32,000 bases of DNA, taken from Synechococcus elongatus PCC 6301. GTDB taxonomy: Bacteria > Cyanobacteriota > Cyanobacteriia > Synechococcales > Synechococcaceae. The stretch is taken from contig NC_006576.1 in NCBI RefSeq assembly GCF_000010065.1, positions 1,200,001 through 1,232,000 of the forward strand, written 5' to 3'. Of the stretch, positions 8,931 to 18,689 are shown piece after piece (positions within the stretch are counted from its first letter, which is position 1; the number at the start of each line of letters is the position of its first letter). Under the pieces are notes generated by a model, which was not told the origin of the DNA, did no database searches, and saw nothing but the letters and a program-made list of their open reading frames with translations. The position numbers and the translations under genes were made by a program.

Positions 8931-9332
8931 GTGATGAGCCCTTTAATTGCTGTGATTTCTGCCCTAGCGCTGATTCTCTATCAGGTCTTAGCGTTCAACG
9001 TCGGACGCGCTCGGGCGCGCTACCAAGTGAAACCACCGCAGGTCAGTGGGCCACCCGAGTTTGAGCGGGTGTACCGCGTTCAGCAAAACACGCTAGAGCA
9101 ACTGGTCTTTTTCCTGCCCAGCCTCTGGTTGTTTGCAGGCTTCGTCAATGAAACGGCTGCCGCAAGCTTGGGCGGCATCTGGATCTTCGGCCGCATCCTC
9201 TATGCCTGGGGCTATTATCAAGCCCCCGAGAAACGAGGGCCTGGGTTTGGCATCAGTTTCTTATCCTCTGCTGTGCTTGCGATCGGCGCTTTGATTGGCG
9301 GCTTGCTCGCCTTGTTGCAACCTGCCACCTAA
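8931..9332 (+). CDS. MAPEG family membrane protein
   Basis: VAFNVGRARARYQVKPPQVSGPPEFERVYRVQQNTLEQLVFFLPSLWLFAGF...GRILYAWGYYQAPEKRGPGFGIS. Confidence 0.8.
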   Translation: MMSPLIAVISALALILYQVLAFNVGRARARYQVKPPQVSGPPEFERVYRVQQNTLEQLVFFLPSLWLFAGFVNETAAASLGGIWIFGRILYAWGYYQAPEKRGPGFGISFLSSAVLAIGALIGGLLALLQPAT

Positions 9333-9363
9333 CCTTTTCACCCCTAGCACTGGAGCCAAGAGG

Positions 9364-10929
9364 ATGGACGCCGTGCGGCAGTCGTTTCAGCAACTGCAAA
9401 ATGAGCTGCGCCGCGATTGGTGTGGGATTGAAGCAGGAGGACTAGCCAGCGACTACGACATTTTGGTCGTCCCCTCCCTCAGCCTGGATGCCCATGAGCT
9501 GCAGAAAATTTCCGGCGTCCTGTTCTACGAAGAGCGTCTCCTCTTTTCCCTGATTCGGCTACGTGATCCGCGCACCCGCGTCATCTATGTCACCTCGGAA
9601 CCGTTACCACCGTTAGTGATTGACTACTACCTACAACTGCTGCCAGGGATTCCCTTTTCCCACGCTCGCGATCGCCTGCTCCTACTCTCGACTTGCGATT
9701 CCTCGCTCAAACCGCTAACCCAGAAAATTCTGGAACGCCCTCGCCTGCTAGAGCGGATTCGCCGTGCTTTGCGCCCCGGCAGTTCCTTTATGACTTGCTT
9801 CAACAGCAGTCCACTAGAGCGGGAATTATCCGTGGCTCTCCGGGTCCCCCTGTTTGCCGCTGATCCAGATTTATTGGAATGGGGCACCAAAGCCGGTAGC
9901 CGATCGCTCTTTGCAGAATGTGGGCTGCCCCATCCGGCGGGCAGTCCGCTGATGGATAGTGTGGAAGACTTGGCAGCAGCAGCAGCTGAACTCTGGCAAG
10001 ACCAGCCCCAAGCTCAGCGCTTTGTGATCAAGCTCAATCAAGGCTTTTCCGGGGAAGGGAATGCGCTGCTGGATTTACGCCCGATCGCGCAACAATCACC
10101 CGATCGCGTAGGACTGACCGCTGCCAGTCAGGCGATCGCTCAGCAATTTCCGGTGATGCGTTTTCAAGCGGCTCATGAAACTTGGCAGAACTTCCAAGGA
10201 CGGATCACTGATTTGGGCGCGATCGCCGAATTATTCATTGAGGGCGAAGTGAAGCGATCGCCCAGCGTCCAAGGCTGCATTCATCCGAGTGGACAAGTAG
10301 AAATCCTCTCGACCCACGATCAGATTTTGGGAGGACCGGATGGACAAATTTATTTGGGCTGCCGCTTCCCAGCCGATCCGGCCTATCGCCTGCAACTGCA
10401 AAAGTGGGGCGAGCAGATCGGTGAAGCCCTCGCTCAACGCGGGGCCTTGGAGCGATTTGGTGTCGATTTTGTTGCTGTGAATCAAGGCGGCGATCACTGG
10501 GAGCTACAGGCGATCGAGATCAACCTGCGCAAGGGCGGCACGACCCATCCCTTTATGACGCTCAAGTATTTAACCAACGGCTACTACGATCCTCAATCCG
10601 GCCAGTTTTGTAGCGAACTCGGCCAGCCAAAATACTATGTTGCCACTGACAATTTGCAATCGCCGCGCTATCGCGGCGTCTTGCCTCAAGACCTGATGGA
10701 CATCATTGCCGCCAACCAACTCCACTTCGATAGCAGCACCAAAACCGGCACCGTGTTTCACCTCATGGGTTGTCTGTCGCAGTACGGCAAGCTGGGGCTC
10801 ACGAGCATTGGCAATAGTCCCGAGCAGGCACAAGCGCTCTATGACGAAGTGGTTTCAGTGCTCGATCGTGAAACCGATCCGGCCACCAGCCCTGCAGGTT
10901 CGGCGCTGCCGGTGAGTTGGGCCGTCTAA
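9364..10929 (+). CDS. ATP-grasp carboxylate-amine ligase, PGM1-related
   Basis: Internal ATG at 9364 ([19 protein letters not shown]). [68 protein letters not shown]. Confidence 0.72.
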   Translation: MDAVRQSFQQLQNELRRDWCGIEAGGLASDYDILVVPSLSLDAHELQKISGVLFYEERLLFSLIRLRDPRTRVIYVTSEPLPPLVIDYYLQLLPGIPFSHARDRLLLLSTCDSSLKPLTQKILERPRLLERIRRALRPGSSFMTCFNSSPLERELSVALRVPLFAADPDLLEWGTKAGSRSLFAECGLPHPAGSPLMDSVEDLAAAAAELWQDQPQAQRFVIKLNQGFSGEGNALLDLRPIAQQSPDRVGLTAASQAIAQQFPVMRFQAAHETWQNFQGRITDLGAIAELFIEGEVKRSPSVQGCIHPSGQVEILSTHDQILGGPDGQIYLGCRFPADPAYRLQLQKWGEQIGEALAQRGALERFGVDFVAVNQGGDHWELQAIEINLRKGGTTHPFMTLKYLTNGYYDPQSGQFCSELGQPKYYVATDNLQSPRYRGVLPQDLMDIIAANQLHFDSSTKTGTVFHLMGCLSQYGKLGLTSIGNSPEQAQALYDEVVSVLDRETDPATSPAGSALPVSWAV

Positions 10930-10976
10930 GGCGATCGGGGCGCGAGTATGATCCTAAGGTCGCGATCGCGAGCACG

Positions 10977-11939
10977 ATGGAAGCTATCCGCCACGACTGG
11001 ACTCTCGAAGAAATCGAAGATCTCCTCAACACGCCGCTCCTCGAGTTAGTTCATCGCGCGCAGACGGTTCACCGCGACTATCAACCGGCTAACGCCATCC
11101 AACTGGCGACCTTGCTCAGCGTCAAGACCGGCGGTTGCAGCGAAAACTGCGCCTACTGCCCTCAGTCGGCTCACTACAACACTGAGGTCGATCCTCAGTC
11201 CACCCTGCCAATCGAAACGGTTTTAGAACAGGCAGAACGGGCCAAGGCCGCTGGTGCCAGTCGTTTTTGCATGGGCTGGGCTTGGCGGGAAATCCGGGAT
11301 GGGGCGCAGTTCGACGCCATGCTGGAAATGGTGCAAGGCGTCCGCCAATTAGGACTCGAAGCTTGCGTCACCGCTGGTATGCTCAGCGATCGCCAAGCGG
11401 AACGGCTGGCTGAGGCTGGTTTGACGGCCTATAACCACAACCTCGACACCAGCCCCGAGTTCTACGGCGAGATTATTTCGACGCGCACCTATGCCGATCG
11501 CCTTGCCACGCTGGAACGGGTGCGGCAGGCCGGCATTAGTGTTTGCTGCGGCGGCATCATTGGCATGGGAGAAGGGCAGCGCGATCGCGCCGGATTGCTG
11601 CAGGTACTCGCAACCCTCAATCCTCATCCCGAAAGTGTGCCAATCAATGCCCTAGTGCCAGTTGAAGGAACGCCTTTAGGCGATCGCGATCGCCTCGATC
11701 CGTTGGATTTGGTGCGGATGTGCGCCGTCGCTCGGATTTTGATGCCCAAAGCGCGGGTTCGCCTCAGTGCGGGTCGCACCGCCCTCAGCCGCGAAGCCCA
11801 AGTCCTTTGCTTCCTGGCAGGGGCTAACTCGATCTTCTACGGCGATACCTTGCTGACCACAGCGAATCCTGTCTGTGAGGCCGATCGCCAACTGCTCGCC
11901 GACATCGGTGCCGAAGCGCTTGAAGTGGTGACGGCTTAG
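10977..11939 (+). CDS. bioB: Biotin synthase (radical SAM)
   Basis: Radical SAM triad in [20 protein letters not shown]; [14 protein letters not shown]; [22 protein letters not shown]; [23 protein letters not shown] at 10977. Confidence 0.96.
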   Translation: MEAIRHDWTLEEIEDLLNTPLLELVHRAQTVHRDYQPANAIQLATLLSVKTGGCSENCAYCPQSAHYNTEVDPQSTLPIETVLEQAERAKAAGASRFCMGWAWREIRDGAQFDAMLEMVQGVRQLGLEACVTAGMLSDRQAERLAEAGLTAYNHNLDTSPEFYGEIISTRTYADRLATLERVRQAGISVCCGGIIGMGEGQRDRAGLLQVLATLNPHPESVPINALVPVEGTPLGDRDRLDPLDLVRMCAVARILMPKARVRLSAGRTALSREAQVLCFLAGANSIFYGDTLLTTANPVCEADRQLLADIGAEALEVVTA

Positions 11940-11986
11940 CTTTAACAAGTCATCACTCCCTCAAGACCAAACACCGATACAGAAAA

Positions 11987-12010
11987 AAGGGGTAGGTTGT
12001 CCTACCCCTT
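11987..12010 (-). terminator. Intrinsic terminator between bioB and ycf35
   Basis: Perfect 10-bp stem AAGGGGTAGG (11987-11996) / CCTACCCCTT (12001-12010). Read on the minus strand it is followed by a T-run. Confidence 0.85.
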
Positions 12011-12035
12011 CCATCGTGGAACGCCAAGGGAAGAG

Positions 12036-12386
12036 CTATTGCAACACCAGTTTGACGTTGGCATTGCTTAGGCCAGGCCGTTTGACCTCGGCCAGGGTTT
12101 TATTGACGGCGTATTTTTGGTTAATGGCATTGATCAGTTCGGTCTGATTATGCTTTTTGGCGACGCCCCAGAGGTCAGCGATCAGATCAAAAGAGCCATC
12201 GCTATTGCGCGACCAGCCCAGATCGTAGTCGCCTTCCAGAGTGGCAACCAAGTCAGCCCGCACGCGCTGGCCGTTGTAGCCTCGCACGTCGGCATTTTCT
12301 TGCACCGCAATTCCGAGATCGCGCAGCGACTGCTTCAGGATCACAGCATCACTAATCTTGGTGCGAAGGGTACTGAAGTGAGACAT
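12036..12386 (-). CDS. ycf35: DUF1257 / Ycf35 family protein
   Basis: 116 aa: MSHFSTLRTKISDAVILKQSLRDLGIAVQENADVRGYNGQRVRADLVATLEGDYDLGWSRNSDGSFDLIADLWGV. Confidence 0.88.
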   Translation of the reverse strand: MSHFSTLRTKISDAVILKQSLRDLGIAVQENADVRGYNGQRVRADLVATLEGDYDLGWSRNSDGSFDLIADLWGVAKKHNQTELINAINQKYAVNKTLAEVKRPGLSNANVKLVLQ

Positions 12387-12520
12387 CGGAGAGACTCCTG
12401 TATCAATGGTGGAGAGAGGGAGAGTCCCGGGTTGCCCAAAGGCAAACCAGACGGGTGAGAAACTGCTGGTCTGTTGGGATCAAACCAGCCTTCCCCCTGT
12501 TGGGATCAGGGGAGAAGCCT

Positions 12521-14029
12521 TTAGAACTCCAGTCGCTGATATTCAGCGACGGAGGCCGCAGCGGGTCGAGCTCGCTGTCGAGCCCAGTCCCGCAGCGCTG
12601 CCACTTGTTCATTCATGGTTTTGGAGAGGGGCAGCGTGGACTTGATTGCGGCAATGATGTCGAGCTGCGTAAATTCGCGCTCTTGGGCAAAAGCCTCATA
12701 CATCGCTGCAATCAAAGCTTGTTCAATCTCGGCACCTGAAAAGCCATCCGAGACTTTGGCCAGTTGTTCAAGGTCAAAGCGATCGAGAGGACGCTTGCGC
12801 TTGGCCAAGTGAATGCGAAAGATTTCCGCTCGTTCTTCCGGCGTTGGGAGATCGACGAAAAAGATCTCGTCGAAGCGACCTTTGCGCAGAAATTCGCCGG
12901 GCAACCGTTCGACGCGGTTTGCCGTCGCCATCACAAACACCGGCGATCGCTTTTCCTGCATCCAAGTCAGGAAGGAACCGAAGATGCGACTGGAGGTACC
13001 GCCATCTGAATCTGCAGAACCCGCTGAACCAGCGAAGGCTTTATCCAGCTCATCGATGAACAGAATTGCCGGCGCGATCGATTCCGCCGTTTTCAAAGCA
13101 TTGCGTAAGTTCGCTTCCGATCGCCCCACAGTCGAGCCGTCATAGACCCGACCAATATCCAGCCTCAGCAGCGGTAGTCCCCACAATCGCGAGGTTGTTT
13201 TCGCAATTAGCGACTTTCCACAGCCCGGCACCCCGAGGATCAACATGCCTTTGGGTTGGGGCAAACCGTAACTGCGTGCTTTCTCAGAAAAGGCGCCCGA
13301 TCGCTGCCGCAGCCAGTGCTTCAGTTCTTCTAGACCACCAACCGCATCGAGGGTTTCATCTTCTTCGATGAACTCTAGAATGCCGTTGCGGCGAATCAGC
13401 TGCTGTTTTTCCGAGAGGATGACATCAACTTCGGCTTCAGTCAGCCGCCCCGTCGTCACTTGCGCCTTGCGGTAAACCTTTTCGGCTTCGTCACGAGTCA
13501 ATCCCAAGGTTGCTTTCAGCAGTTTTTCACGACCCGATTCAGAAGGACGGGGCAGCGATCGCCGGTCGAGTTCGCGATCGAGCACGGATCCCAATTCCGC
13601 CAGATCCGGCAGCGGGAAATCGAGGACAACCACATCCTTCTCCAGCTCCACCGGCACCGTTTGCACCGGTGACATTAGGATGATTGTCTTCTCAGCAGAT
13701 TTAAATTGGGCGATCGCATCCCGCAGCCATCGCGTAACAGCTGGAGACTCAATAAAGGGATGCAGGTCTTTGAAAACATAGATACCTGGCCCCTTATGAC
13801 GCACCACCCACTCGATTGCAGCTTCAGGTGAGACGGTGCTGTGGTGAGCGACTTGCCGGGGCTGGCCGTATTCGATAACGCCGTGGGTCACCGTCCAGAG
13901 GAACAACTGCCGCGACCCACAAGTCTGAGCCAGCGTTGCCAGGGAGCGCTCGCTGCGTTCTTCTTCCGAAGTGATGAGATAAATCAGCGGGTACTGCGCT
14001 TGTAGCAGAATGCCCAATTCTTCGCGCAT
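12521..14029 (-). CDS. ycf46: AAA+ ATPase, Ycf46-like
   Basis: 502 aa; N-terminal MREELGILLQAQYPLIYLITSEEERSERSLATLA, Walker A GVPGCGKSLIAKTTS, Walker B ILFIDELDKAF, FLTWMQEKRSPVFVMATANRVERLPGEFLRKGRFDEIFFVDLP. Confidence 0.88.
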   Translation of the reverse strand: MREELGILLQAQYPLIYLITSEEERSERSLATLAQTCGSRQLFLWTVTHGVIEYGQPRQVAHHSTVSPEAAIEWVVRHKGPGIYVFKDLHPFIESPAVTRWLRDAIAQFKSAEKTIILMSPVQTVPVELEKDVVVLDFPLPDLAELGSVLDRELDRRSLPRPSESGREKLLKATLGLTRDEAEKVYRKAQVTTGRLTEAEVDVILSEKQQLIRRNGILEFIEEDETLDAVGGLEELKHWLRQRSGAFSEKARSYGLPQPKGMLILGVPGCGKSLIAKTTSRLWGLPLLRLDIGRVYDGSTVGRSEANLRNALKTAESIAPAILFIDELDKAFAGSAGSADSDGGTSSRIFGSFLTWMQEKRSPVFVMATANRVERLPGEFLRKGRFDEIFFVDLPTPEERAEIFRIHLAKRKRPLDRFDLEQLAKVSDGFSGAEIEQALIAAMYEAFAQEREFTQLDIIAAIKSTLPLSKTMNEQVAALRDWARQRARPAAASVAEYQRLEF

Positions 14030-14107
14030 GGTGAGTTAAGACCTCGCAAAGCGACGGACAGATACCCAACAGGCTCTTGGCTTGGCCGGGAAAGCACCGG
14101 TCCCTAC

Positions 14108-14449
14108 TTAGCAGGGAACCAGCTCTTCGTCCGAAGTGGTGGCTGTTGTAGGTGTGGGCTCAACCGTGAGGTTGGCATCATCTTGCAAAACATTGGGCTG
14201 ATGCCGCAGAGAGGCTAGCTCTCCGTGCTTCAGCACGACCGGCGATGTGCAATCTGGACAGTGATAAACCCGGAAGGTGCTGCCGTGAGCGTTGGCGGCT
14301 TCTTCTACGACCTCGGAATGCTCCAGATAAAACTGAAGGGCTTTCTCAGCGATCGCAGACATCGGCTCGAGATCCACGGCTGCCCGAATTTTGAGCTGCC
14401 GATGCAGATCAGGGGGCAAATAGAACGTAACTTTTGGCTTGTCTTGCAT
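14108..14449 (-). CDS. Ribbon-helix-helix-like protein with C-terminal Cys pair
   Basis: Likely start at 14449: MQDKPKVTFYLPPDLHRQLKIRAAVDLEPMSAIAEKALQFYLEHSE (RHH pattern), then FRVYHCPDCTSPVVLKHGE (CxxC). Confidence 0.65.
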   Translation of the reverse strand: MQDKPKVTFYLPPDLHRQLKIRAAVDLEPMSAIAEKALQFYLEHSEVVEEAANAHGSTFRVYHCPDCTSPVVLKHGELASLRHQPNVLQDDANLTVEPTPTTATTSDEELVPC

Positions 14450-14467
14450 GGAATCCGAGTGTTCTCT

Positions 14468-14516
14468 ATACCCGGGTATGCATCGTACCATAGACGCTTT
14501 AACTGAAAAGCGTCAA
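14468..14516 (-). promoter_or_regulatory. Candidate promoter/operator of the RHH-like gene
   Basis: Minus strand: TTGACG (plus 14511-14516), 18-nt spacer, TATGGT (plus 14487-14492). Perfect inverted repeat GACGCTTT (14493-14500)/AAAGCGTC (14507-14514) fills the -35/spacer. Perfect 12-bp palindrome ATACCCGGGTAT at 14468-14479. Confidence 0.45.
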
Positions 14517-14734
14517 GGCAGTTTAGCAGCATGCCAGCAAATAATTTACATTTAGAAATATTTTGACAATCTAAACTTGTTGTTTTCAATGCTCCAAAAA
14601 CGGCAAAGGTTGCTGCGATCGCAGTAGTTGATAACAGCGATCAAACAGGGGCCTGCCTATGAAGACTGTTTGCAAGAGTTTTCGGCTGATCCCCGCTGCG
14701 TGCTAGGTTGCGAGCAGAGCGGAGGGTAGCGCAG

Positions 14735-15712
14735 ATGGCCACCAAGACGACCGCACCAACGGGTGCCAGTTTGTCCTGGCAGGTGACAGCCCCACCTGCT
14801 GTTGATTTAGTCGTATCCCTGCCCCAGCCCTCGCTTGACTGTTTGTCGGGCACAGTCACCCTCGCGATTCGGGGTGGACGACTTCCACAAGTGCAGCCGA
14901 AATCACTCGCACTACTCGTAGATGGCCCGCACGATCTGAAGTGGGAGCAAACGCCTACAGGTTGGGTGGGTTGGCGAGAACGACCGGGTCTTACTCAGTT
15001 GCGCTGGCGGCTACCGGCTCACACTCAGCCCTATCCGGTCAACTGGGTCGTCACCTTAGCGGACTTAGTGCTTGTTCAAACTTGGGGACTGTGGAACCAC
15101 GATCTCTCGCCCAATGCCCAGGTTTTGGCGGAGCGCTTGATTCTTAAACATTGGCTGCGATCGCTTCCATCCACGCCAGACGGGGCCATTTTGGCTTCAA
15201 CCACAGAACCCACGGAGCGAACACTGGATTGGGATCAGTCTTTAGCCGCACTCTTGCCAACGGTTTTGGCAGGCTATGACGGCTGGCAGTCTTTGGGCCT
15301 TGATCCTCAACAGGATTTCGTGGGCGCGAATCTCACCAGTGTGGATTGGCGCGGCAGTGATTGGAGTGGTTGTGACCTACGACGCACCAACTGGCGCGGG
15401 GCCAACCTGAATGATGTTGATTTCTCCGGGGCAGATCTACGCCATAGCCGTTGGGCTGGAGCCGATCTTTCGGGAGCATTGCTCAGTGATGCGCGCTTAC
15501 GTGGGGCAGATTTCCGGCGGGCAAGCCTCGCGCTGGTCAATCTGGCAGGAGCGGATCTCTCCCAAGCGGATCTGCGGGAAGCCAATCTGAGCCGTGCTAA
15601 TTTCACCGGCGCGAATGTAGTGGGGGCTCGTTTTGGCGGCAATGTCGGCTTGGATGAAGCACAGATTATGACTCTGCGCGATCGCGGGGCGCTATTCGTC
15701 GTTGAGAGCTGA
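14735..15712 (+). CDS. Pentapeptide-repeat protein
   Basis: C-terminal A(D/N)LXX array: LTSVDWRGSDWSGCDLRRTNWRGANLNDVDFSGADLRHSRWAGADLSGALLSDARLRGADFRRASLALVNLAGADLSQADLREANLSRANFTGANV. ATG at 14735 preceded by GGAGGG. Confidence 0.88.
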   Translation: MATKTTAPTGASLSWQVTAPPAVDLVVSLPQPSLDCLSGTVTLAIRGGRLPQVQPKSLALLVDGPHDLKWEQTPTGWVGWRERPGLTQLRWRLPAHTQPYPVNWVVTLADLVLVQTWGLWNHDLSPNAQVLAERLILKHWLRSLPSTPDGAILASTTEPTERTLDWDQSLAALLPTVLAGYDGWQSLGLDPQQDFVGANLTSVDWRGSDWSGCDLRRTNWRGANLNDVDFSGADLRHSRWAGADLSGALLSDARLRGADFRRASLALVNLAGADLSQADLREANLSRANFTGANVVGARFGGNVGLDEAQIMTLRDRGALFVVES

Positions 15713-16864
15713 AGGCGAACGCTGATCCTGGGGTTGGAACTGGCGATCGCTGGGTAGGCTAGCAACCGGCTCGGTCAGAAGGAATTCACCGGCTTCAATC
15801 CACTGCTTGAGCAGTTCGGCAACCTGCTGCGATCGATAGAGGCTGGCGAGTGGTGCTGTTCGAATCCGTTGGCCTTCCAGCATGATGCTGCCGGACTTGA
15901 GCTTGGCGTAACTGACCAGACCAAAGGTGGGACGGACGCGGCGCGGGATCGAGAAATCGACGACCGGGGCCACGATTTGATCATCCGTGACGGCACAGGC
16001 CGCAACGACAGCTTCTGTAGTCACCGCCAAGGGGATGCCAACACCCAACATCAAGGACGCGCCGTAGTTCTGGAAATAGCAGCCCCGCACCCAATCCGGC
16101 AACATCTGCTTAGCGTCACCGATCAACGCCAAGGTCGCCGCTGGACCCACCGGAGTGCGATTGGGTAAACGCTTTTGCAGCGGGAAATGCTGCGTGCCTT
16201 CCCAAGCGATGTAGCCAACACCGCCGCCCAGAAAAATGCGGGTACCGATGCCAATGCTGACCAGATCTGGATCATTGAACAGTGGAGCGATCGCTCCCGG
16301 ATTGGCATAGACAGCGTTGCCCAGATTCGGCAGCAGCGGCTCGAGGTAGGTGTAGAGCGTCTCGTCGCCACCATTCACGCCAACGATGAAGTTTTGATAG
16401 AGATTGGGGGGATTGAAGAGATAGAACTGGTTGATGCTGTCGCGATCGATCGTGGTTTCAAAGCTGCGGCGCGGATAGCAATCTGTTCCTTGCCCGATCG
16501 CCCGCAATCGCACTTTCTGACCCGCGATCAGATCGGCAATCACCTGCCCGCCGCCATACTCTGCTTCCGGATCCTCACTTTCTTCACTGGCACCCAAAAG
16601 TAAATCTGCTGCGCCAAAGCCTGAGTAGGCGCGCACATCATTCAACCAGCATTGGCGAATTTTGATCGGCGGATCGGTTTGACCGAGATTAAGGATCGCC
16701 CCCGAGGCTTCCATCGGCTCAAAGGTGCCGGTGGTAATCACATCAACTTGCTGGGCGATCGCAGCGATCCCTAACTCCGGTGCACGGGCTTTAACCTCCG
16801 TAGCTGTCCAAACAACGGCGCGACCGGCCTGGATTTTTTCATTGATTTCTGCAATCGTGCGCAT
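15692..16864 (-). CDS. Homocysteine biosynthesis protein (DUF39 family)
   Basis: MRTIAEINEKIQAGRAVVWTATEVKARAPELG...TTGTFEPMEASGAILNLGQTDPPIKI...VNGGDETLYTYLEPLLPNLGNA...GIGTRIFLGGGVGYIAWEGTQH. Confidence 0.85.
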   Translation of the reverse strand: MRTIAEINEKIQAGRAVVWTATEVKARAPELGIAAIAQQVDVITTGTFEPMEASGAILNLGQTDPPIKIRQCWLNDVRAYSGFGAADLLLGASEESEDPEAEYGGGQVIADLIAGQKVRLRAIGQGTDCYPRRSFETTIDRDSINQFYLFNPPNLYQNFIVGVNGGDETLYTYLEPLLPNLGNAVYANPGAIAPLFNDPDLVSIGIGTRIFLGGGVGYIAWEGTQHFPLQKRLPNRTPVGPAATLALIGDAKQMLPDWVRGCYFQNYGASLMLGVGIPLAVTTEAVVAACAVTDDQIVAPVVDFSIPRRVRPTFGLVSYAKLKSGSIMLEGQRIRTAPLASLYRSQQVAELLKQWIEAGEFLLTEPVASLPSDRQFQPQDQRSPSALNDE

Positions 16865-16905
16865 TTGGCAATCTGCCCAGGCGATCGCCACAGGTCGTTT
16901 GTCAA

Positions 16906-17229
16906 TGGGGGCGGAGGGACTCGAACCCTCACGACCTTTACAGTCAGCGGATTTTCATTCTCTCTGCAACTTTCGCTGCCATCAACAATCGCGATGTTGA
17001 GAATTGGACTATCCCTTTACCCTCGGCTGAATCCGTTAGGGTAGCTCCCGTCTAGTCTCTGCACCTTCTAAAGCTGTTAGTTGTTTAGCTTTAGCTTGGC
17101 TCAGGATTGCCATGACTTTAATGTTTAAAGTTTTAGGTTTCCCTGAGTTTGAGAGCTGCCACTCGATCCCTTTCGCGATCGAGGCCCAGTTTTCTAAGTC
17201 CGCTGCGTCTACCGTTCCGCCACGCCCCC
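16906..17229 (-). tRNA. trnL-UAA: tRNA-Leu(UAA), interrupted gene: 5' exon 17196..17229, 3' exon 16906..16955, no encoded CCA
   Basis: 5' exon GGGGGCGTGGCGGAACGGTAGACGCAGCGGACTT; 3' exon AAAATCCGCTGACTGTAAAGGTCGTGAGGGTTCGAGTCCCTCCGCCCCCA. Acceptor GGGGGCG/CGCCCCC, anticodon stem GCGGA/TCCGC and T-stem GAGGG/CCCTC all pair perfectly. Confidence 0.95.
16956..17195 (-). other. Group I intron (240 nt) in the anticodon loop of tRNA-Leu(UAA), between U34 and A35
   Basis: Sits exactly at the conserved site, 3' terminal base is G, contains the conserved stretch GTGCAGAGACTAGACGGGAGCTACCCTAACGG and no intron ORF. Confidence 0.93.
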
Positions 17230-17303
17230 TTGTTGCTTTCCCCATTCCACCATTGGCTAGGGCTTGGACGCAAGCGTTTAAAATCAGAGCCAAGCATCTG
17301 AGT

Positions 17304-17528
17304 ATGACTGTGACTCTGATCATTGCAGCCTTGTACCTTGCCCTCGCTGGGGCTTATCTGTTGGTGGTTCCGGCGGCACTGTACCTGTACCTCCAAAAAC
17401 GCTGGTATGTCGCCAGCTCTTGGGAACGGGCTTTCATGTACTTTTTGGTCTTCTTCTTCTTCCCAGGACTGCTGTTGCTGGCACCGCTGCTGAACTTCCG
17501 GCCGCGATCGCGCCAGATCCCAGCCTAG
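17304..17528 (+). CDS. ndhL: NAD(P)H-quinone oxidoreductase subunit L
   Basis: Internal ATG at 17304: [74 protein letters not shown]. The track ORF from 17112 wrongly runs into the tRNA/intron. Confidence 0.87.
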   Translation: MTVTLIIAALYLALAGAYLLVVPAALYLYLQKRWYVASSWERAFMYFLVFFFFPGLLLLAPLLNFRPRSRQIPA

Positions 17529-17858
17529 ATGCGACGCCTAGACATCCTGCTACTGGGAGCAGGCTTGGTGGGAACGGGGGCGCTGCTCTACAGCGTCCTA
17601 CAGCGCTTTGGCTTAGCCGAGTTTGATGCGGGCATTTGGAGCGAAGCCCTGCTGGTGGGCGGCGTGGTGCTCTGGAGCTTGACCTATGTCTTTCGGGTAT
17701 TGACCAAGCGGATGACCTACGCGCAGCAACTACGCGACTACGAAGAAGCCGTCTTGCAAAAACGCCTTGAAGAACTGTCGCCGGAAGAGCTGGCTAGCCT
17801 GCAAGCTGAAGTAGAAGCTGAGCGACAAGCGCGATCGCAAGAGTCCTCTCAGTCCTAA
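17529..17858 (+). CDS. DUF3007 family membrane protein
   Basis: MRRLDILLLGAGLVGTGALLYSVLQRFGLAEFDAGIWSEALLVGGVVLWSLTYVFRVLTKRMTYAQQLRDYEEAVLQKRLEELSPEEL; directly abuts the ndhL stop codon. Confidence 0.82.
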   Translation: MRRLDILLLGAGLVGTGALLYSVLQRFGLAEFDAGIWSEALLVGGVVLWSLTYVFRVLTKRMTYAQQLRDYEEAVLQKRLEELSPEELASLQAEVEAERQARSQESSQS

Positions 17859-17888
17859 GATCAGACTTTGGCCGTCTTTGAACTGGGC

Positions 17889-18689
17889 ATGACTGCAATT
17901 TCTGACTGCTTTGCCGCCCTGCGATCGCAGGGACGCTGTGCATTGATCCCGTTTTTGACGGCGGGCGACCCGGATTTAGAAACCACCCGTCAGGCATTGC
18001 TGGCCCTCGATCGGGAAGGTGCTGACCTGATCGAGTTGGGTGTGCCCTACTCTGATCCGCTGGCTGACGGGCCCGTGATTCAAGCAGCAGCAACGCGTGC
18101 CCTGCAAGCGGGGACGCGACTGGATGATGTCTTGGCACTGCTCAAGGACGTGCGATCGCAGATCAAAGCGCCGATTGTGCTGTTTACCTATTGCAACCCA
18201 ATTCTGAACCGCGGCTTCGAAGCCTTCTTGGATCAGATCGCGGCAGCTGGCGCGAATGGTTTGGTTGTACCCGATCTGCCCTTGGAAGAGTCCCAACGTC
18301 TCTCAGAAGTCGCAGCTGAGCGTGGCATTGATTTGATTCTGCTGATTGCACCGACGAGTTCCGCTGATCGCATTGCAGCGATTAGTAAGCAGGCTCGTGG
18401 CTTTATCTACCTTGTCAGCGTCACCGGTGTCACTGGGATGCGCCAAGGGATGCAGTCCCGTGTTGCGGATCTCCTGCAAGAAATTCGCCAAGGGACTGAT
18501 AAGCCGATCGGGGTTGGCTTCGGGATTTCGGGAGCAGAGCAAGCTCGACAAGTGCGCGATTGGGGCGCCGATGGTGTGATCGTTGGCAGCGCCTTCGTGA
18601 ATCGCCTGCAAGAGCAGGGCGTGGAAGGGGTGGCCACACTCTGTCGGGAACTACGGCAGGCGATCGATCGCCAACCCGTCCTGTCCTAA
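17889..18689 (+). CDS. trpA: Tryptophan synthase alpha subunit
   Basis: [106 protein letters not shown] at 17889. Confidence 0.97.
   Translation: MTAISDCFAALRSQGRCALIPFLTAGDPDLETTRQALLALDREGADLIELGVPYSDPLADGPVIQAAATRALQAGTRLDDVLALLKDVRSQIKAPIVLFTYCNPILNRGFEAFLDQIAAAGANGLVVPDLPLEESQRLSEVAAERGIDLILLIAPTSSADRIAAISKQARGFIYLVSVTGVTGMRQGMQSRVADLLQEIRQGTDKPIGVGFGISGAEQARQVRDWGADGVIVGSAFVNRLQEQGVEGVATLCRELRQAIDRQPVLS

Noticed and set aside
17036-17323. 95-aa minus-strand ORF
   Set aside because: Lies across the tRNA-Leu 5' exon and group I intron; structural RNA fully explains the sequence. Not an intron endonuclease.
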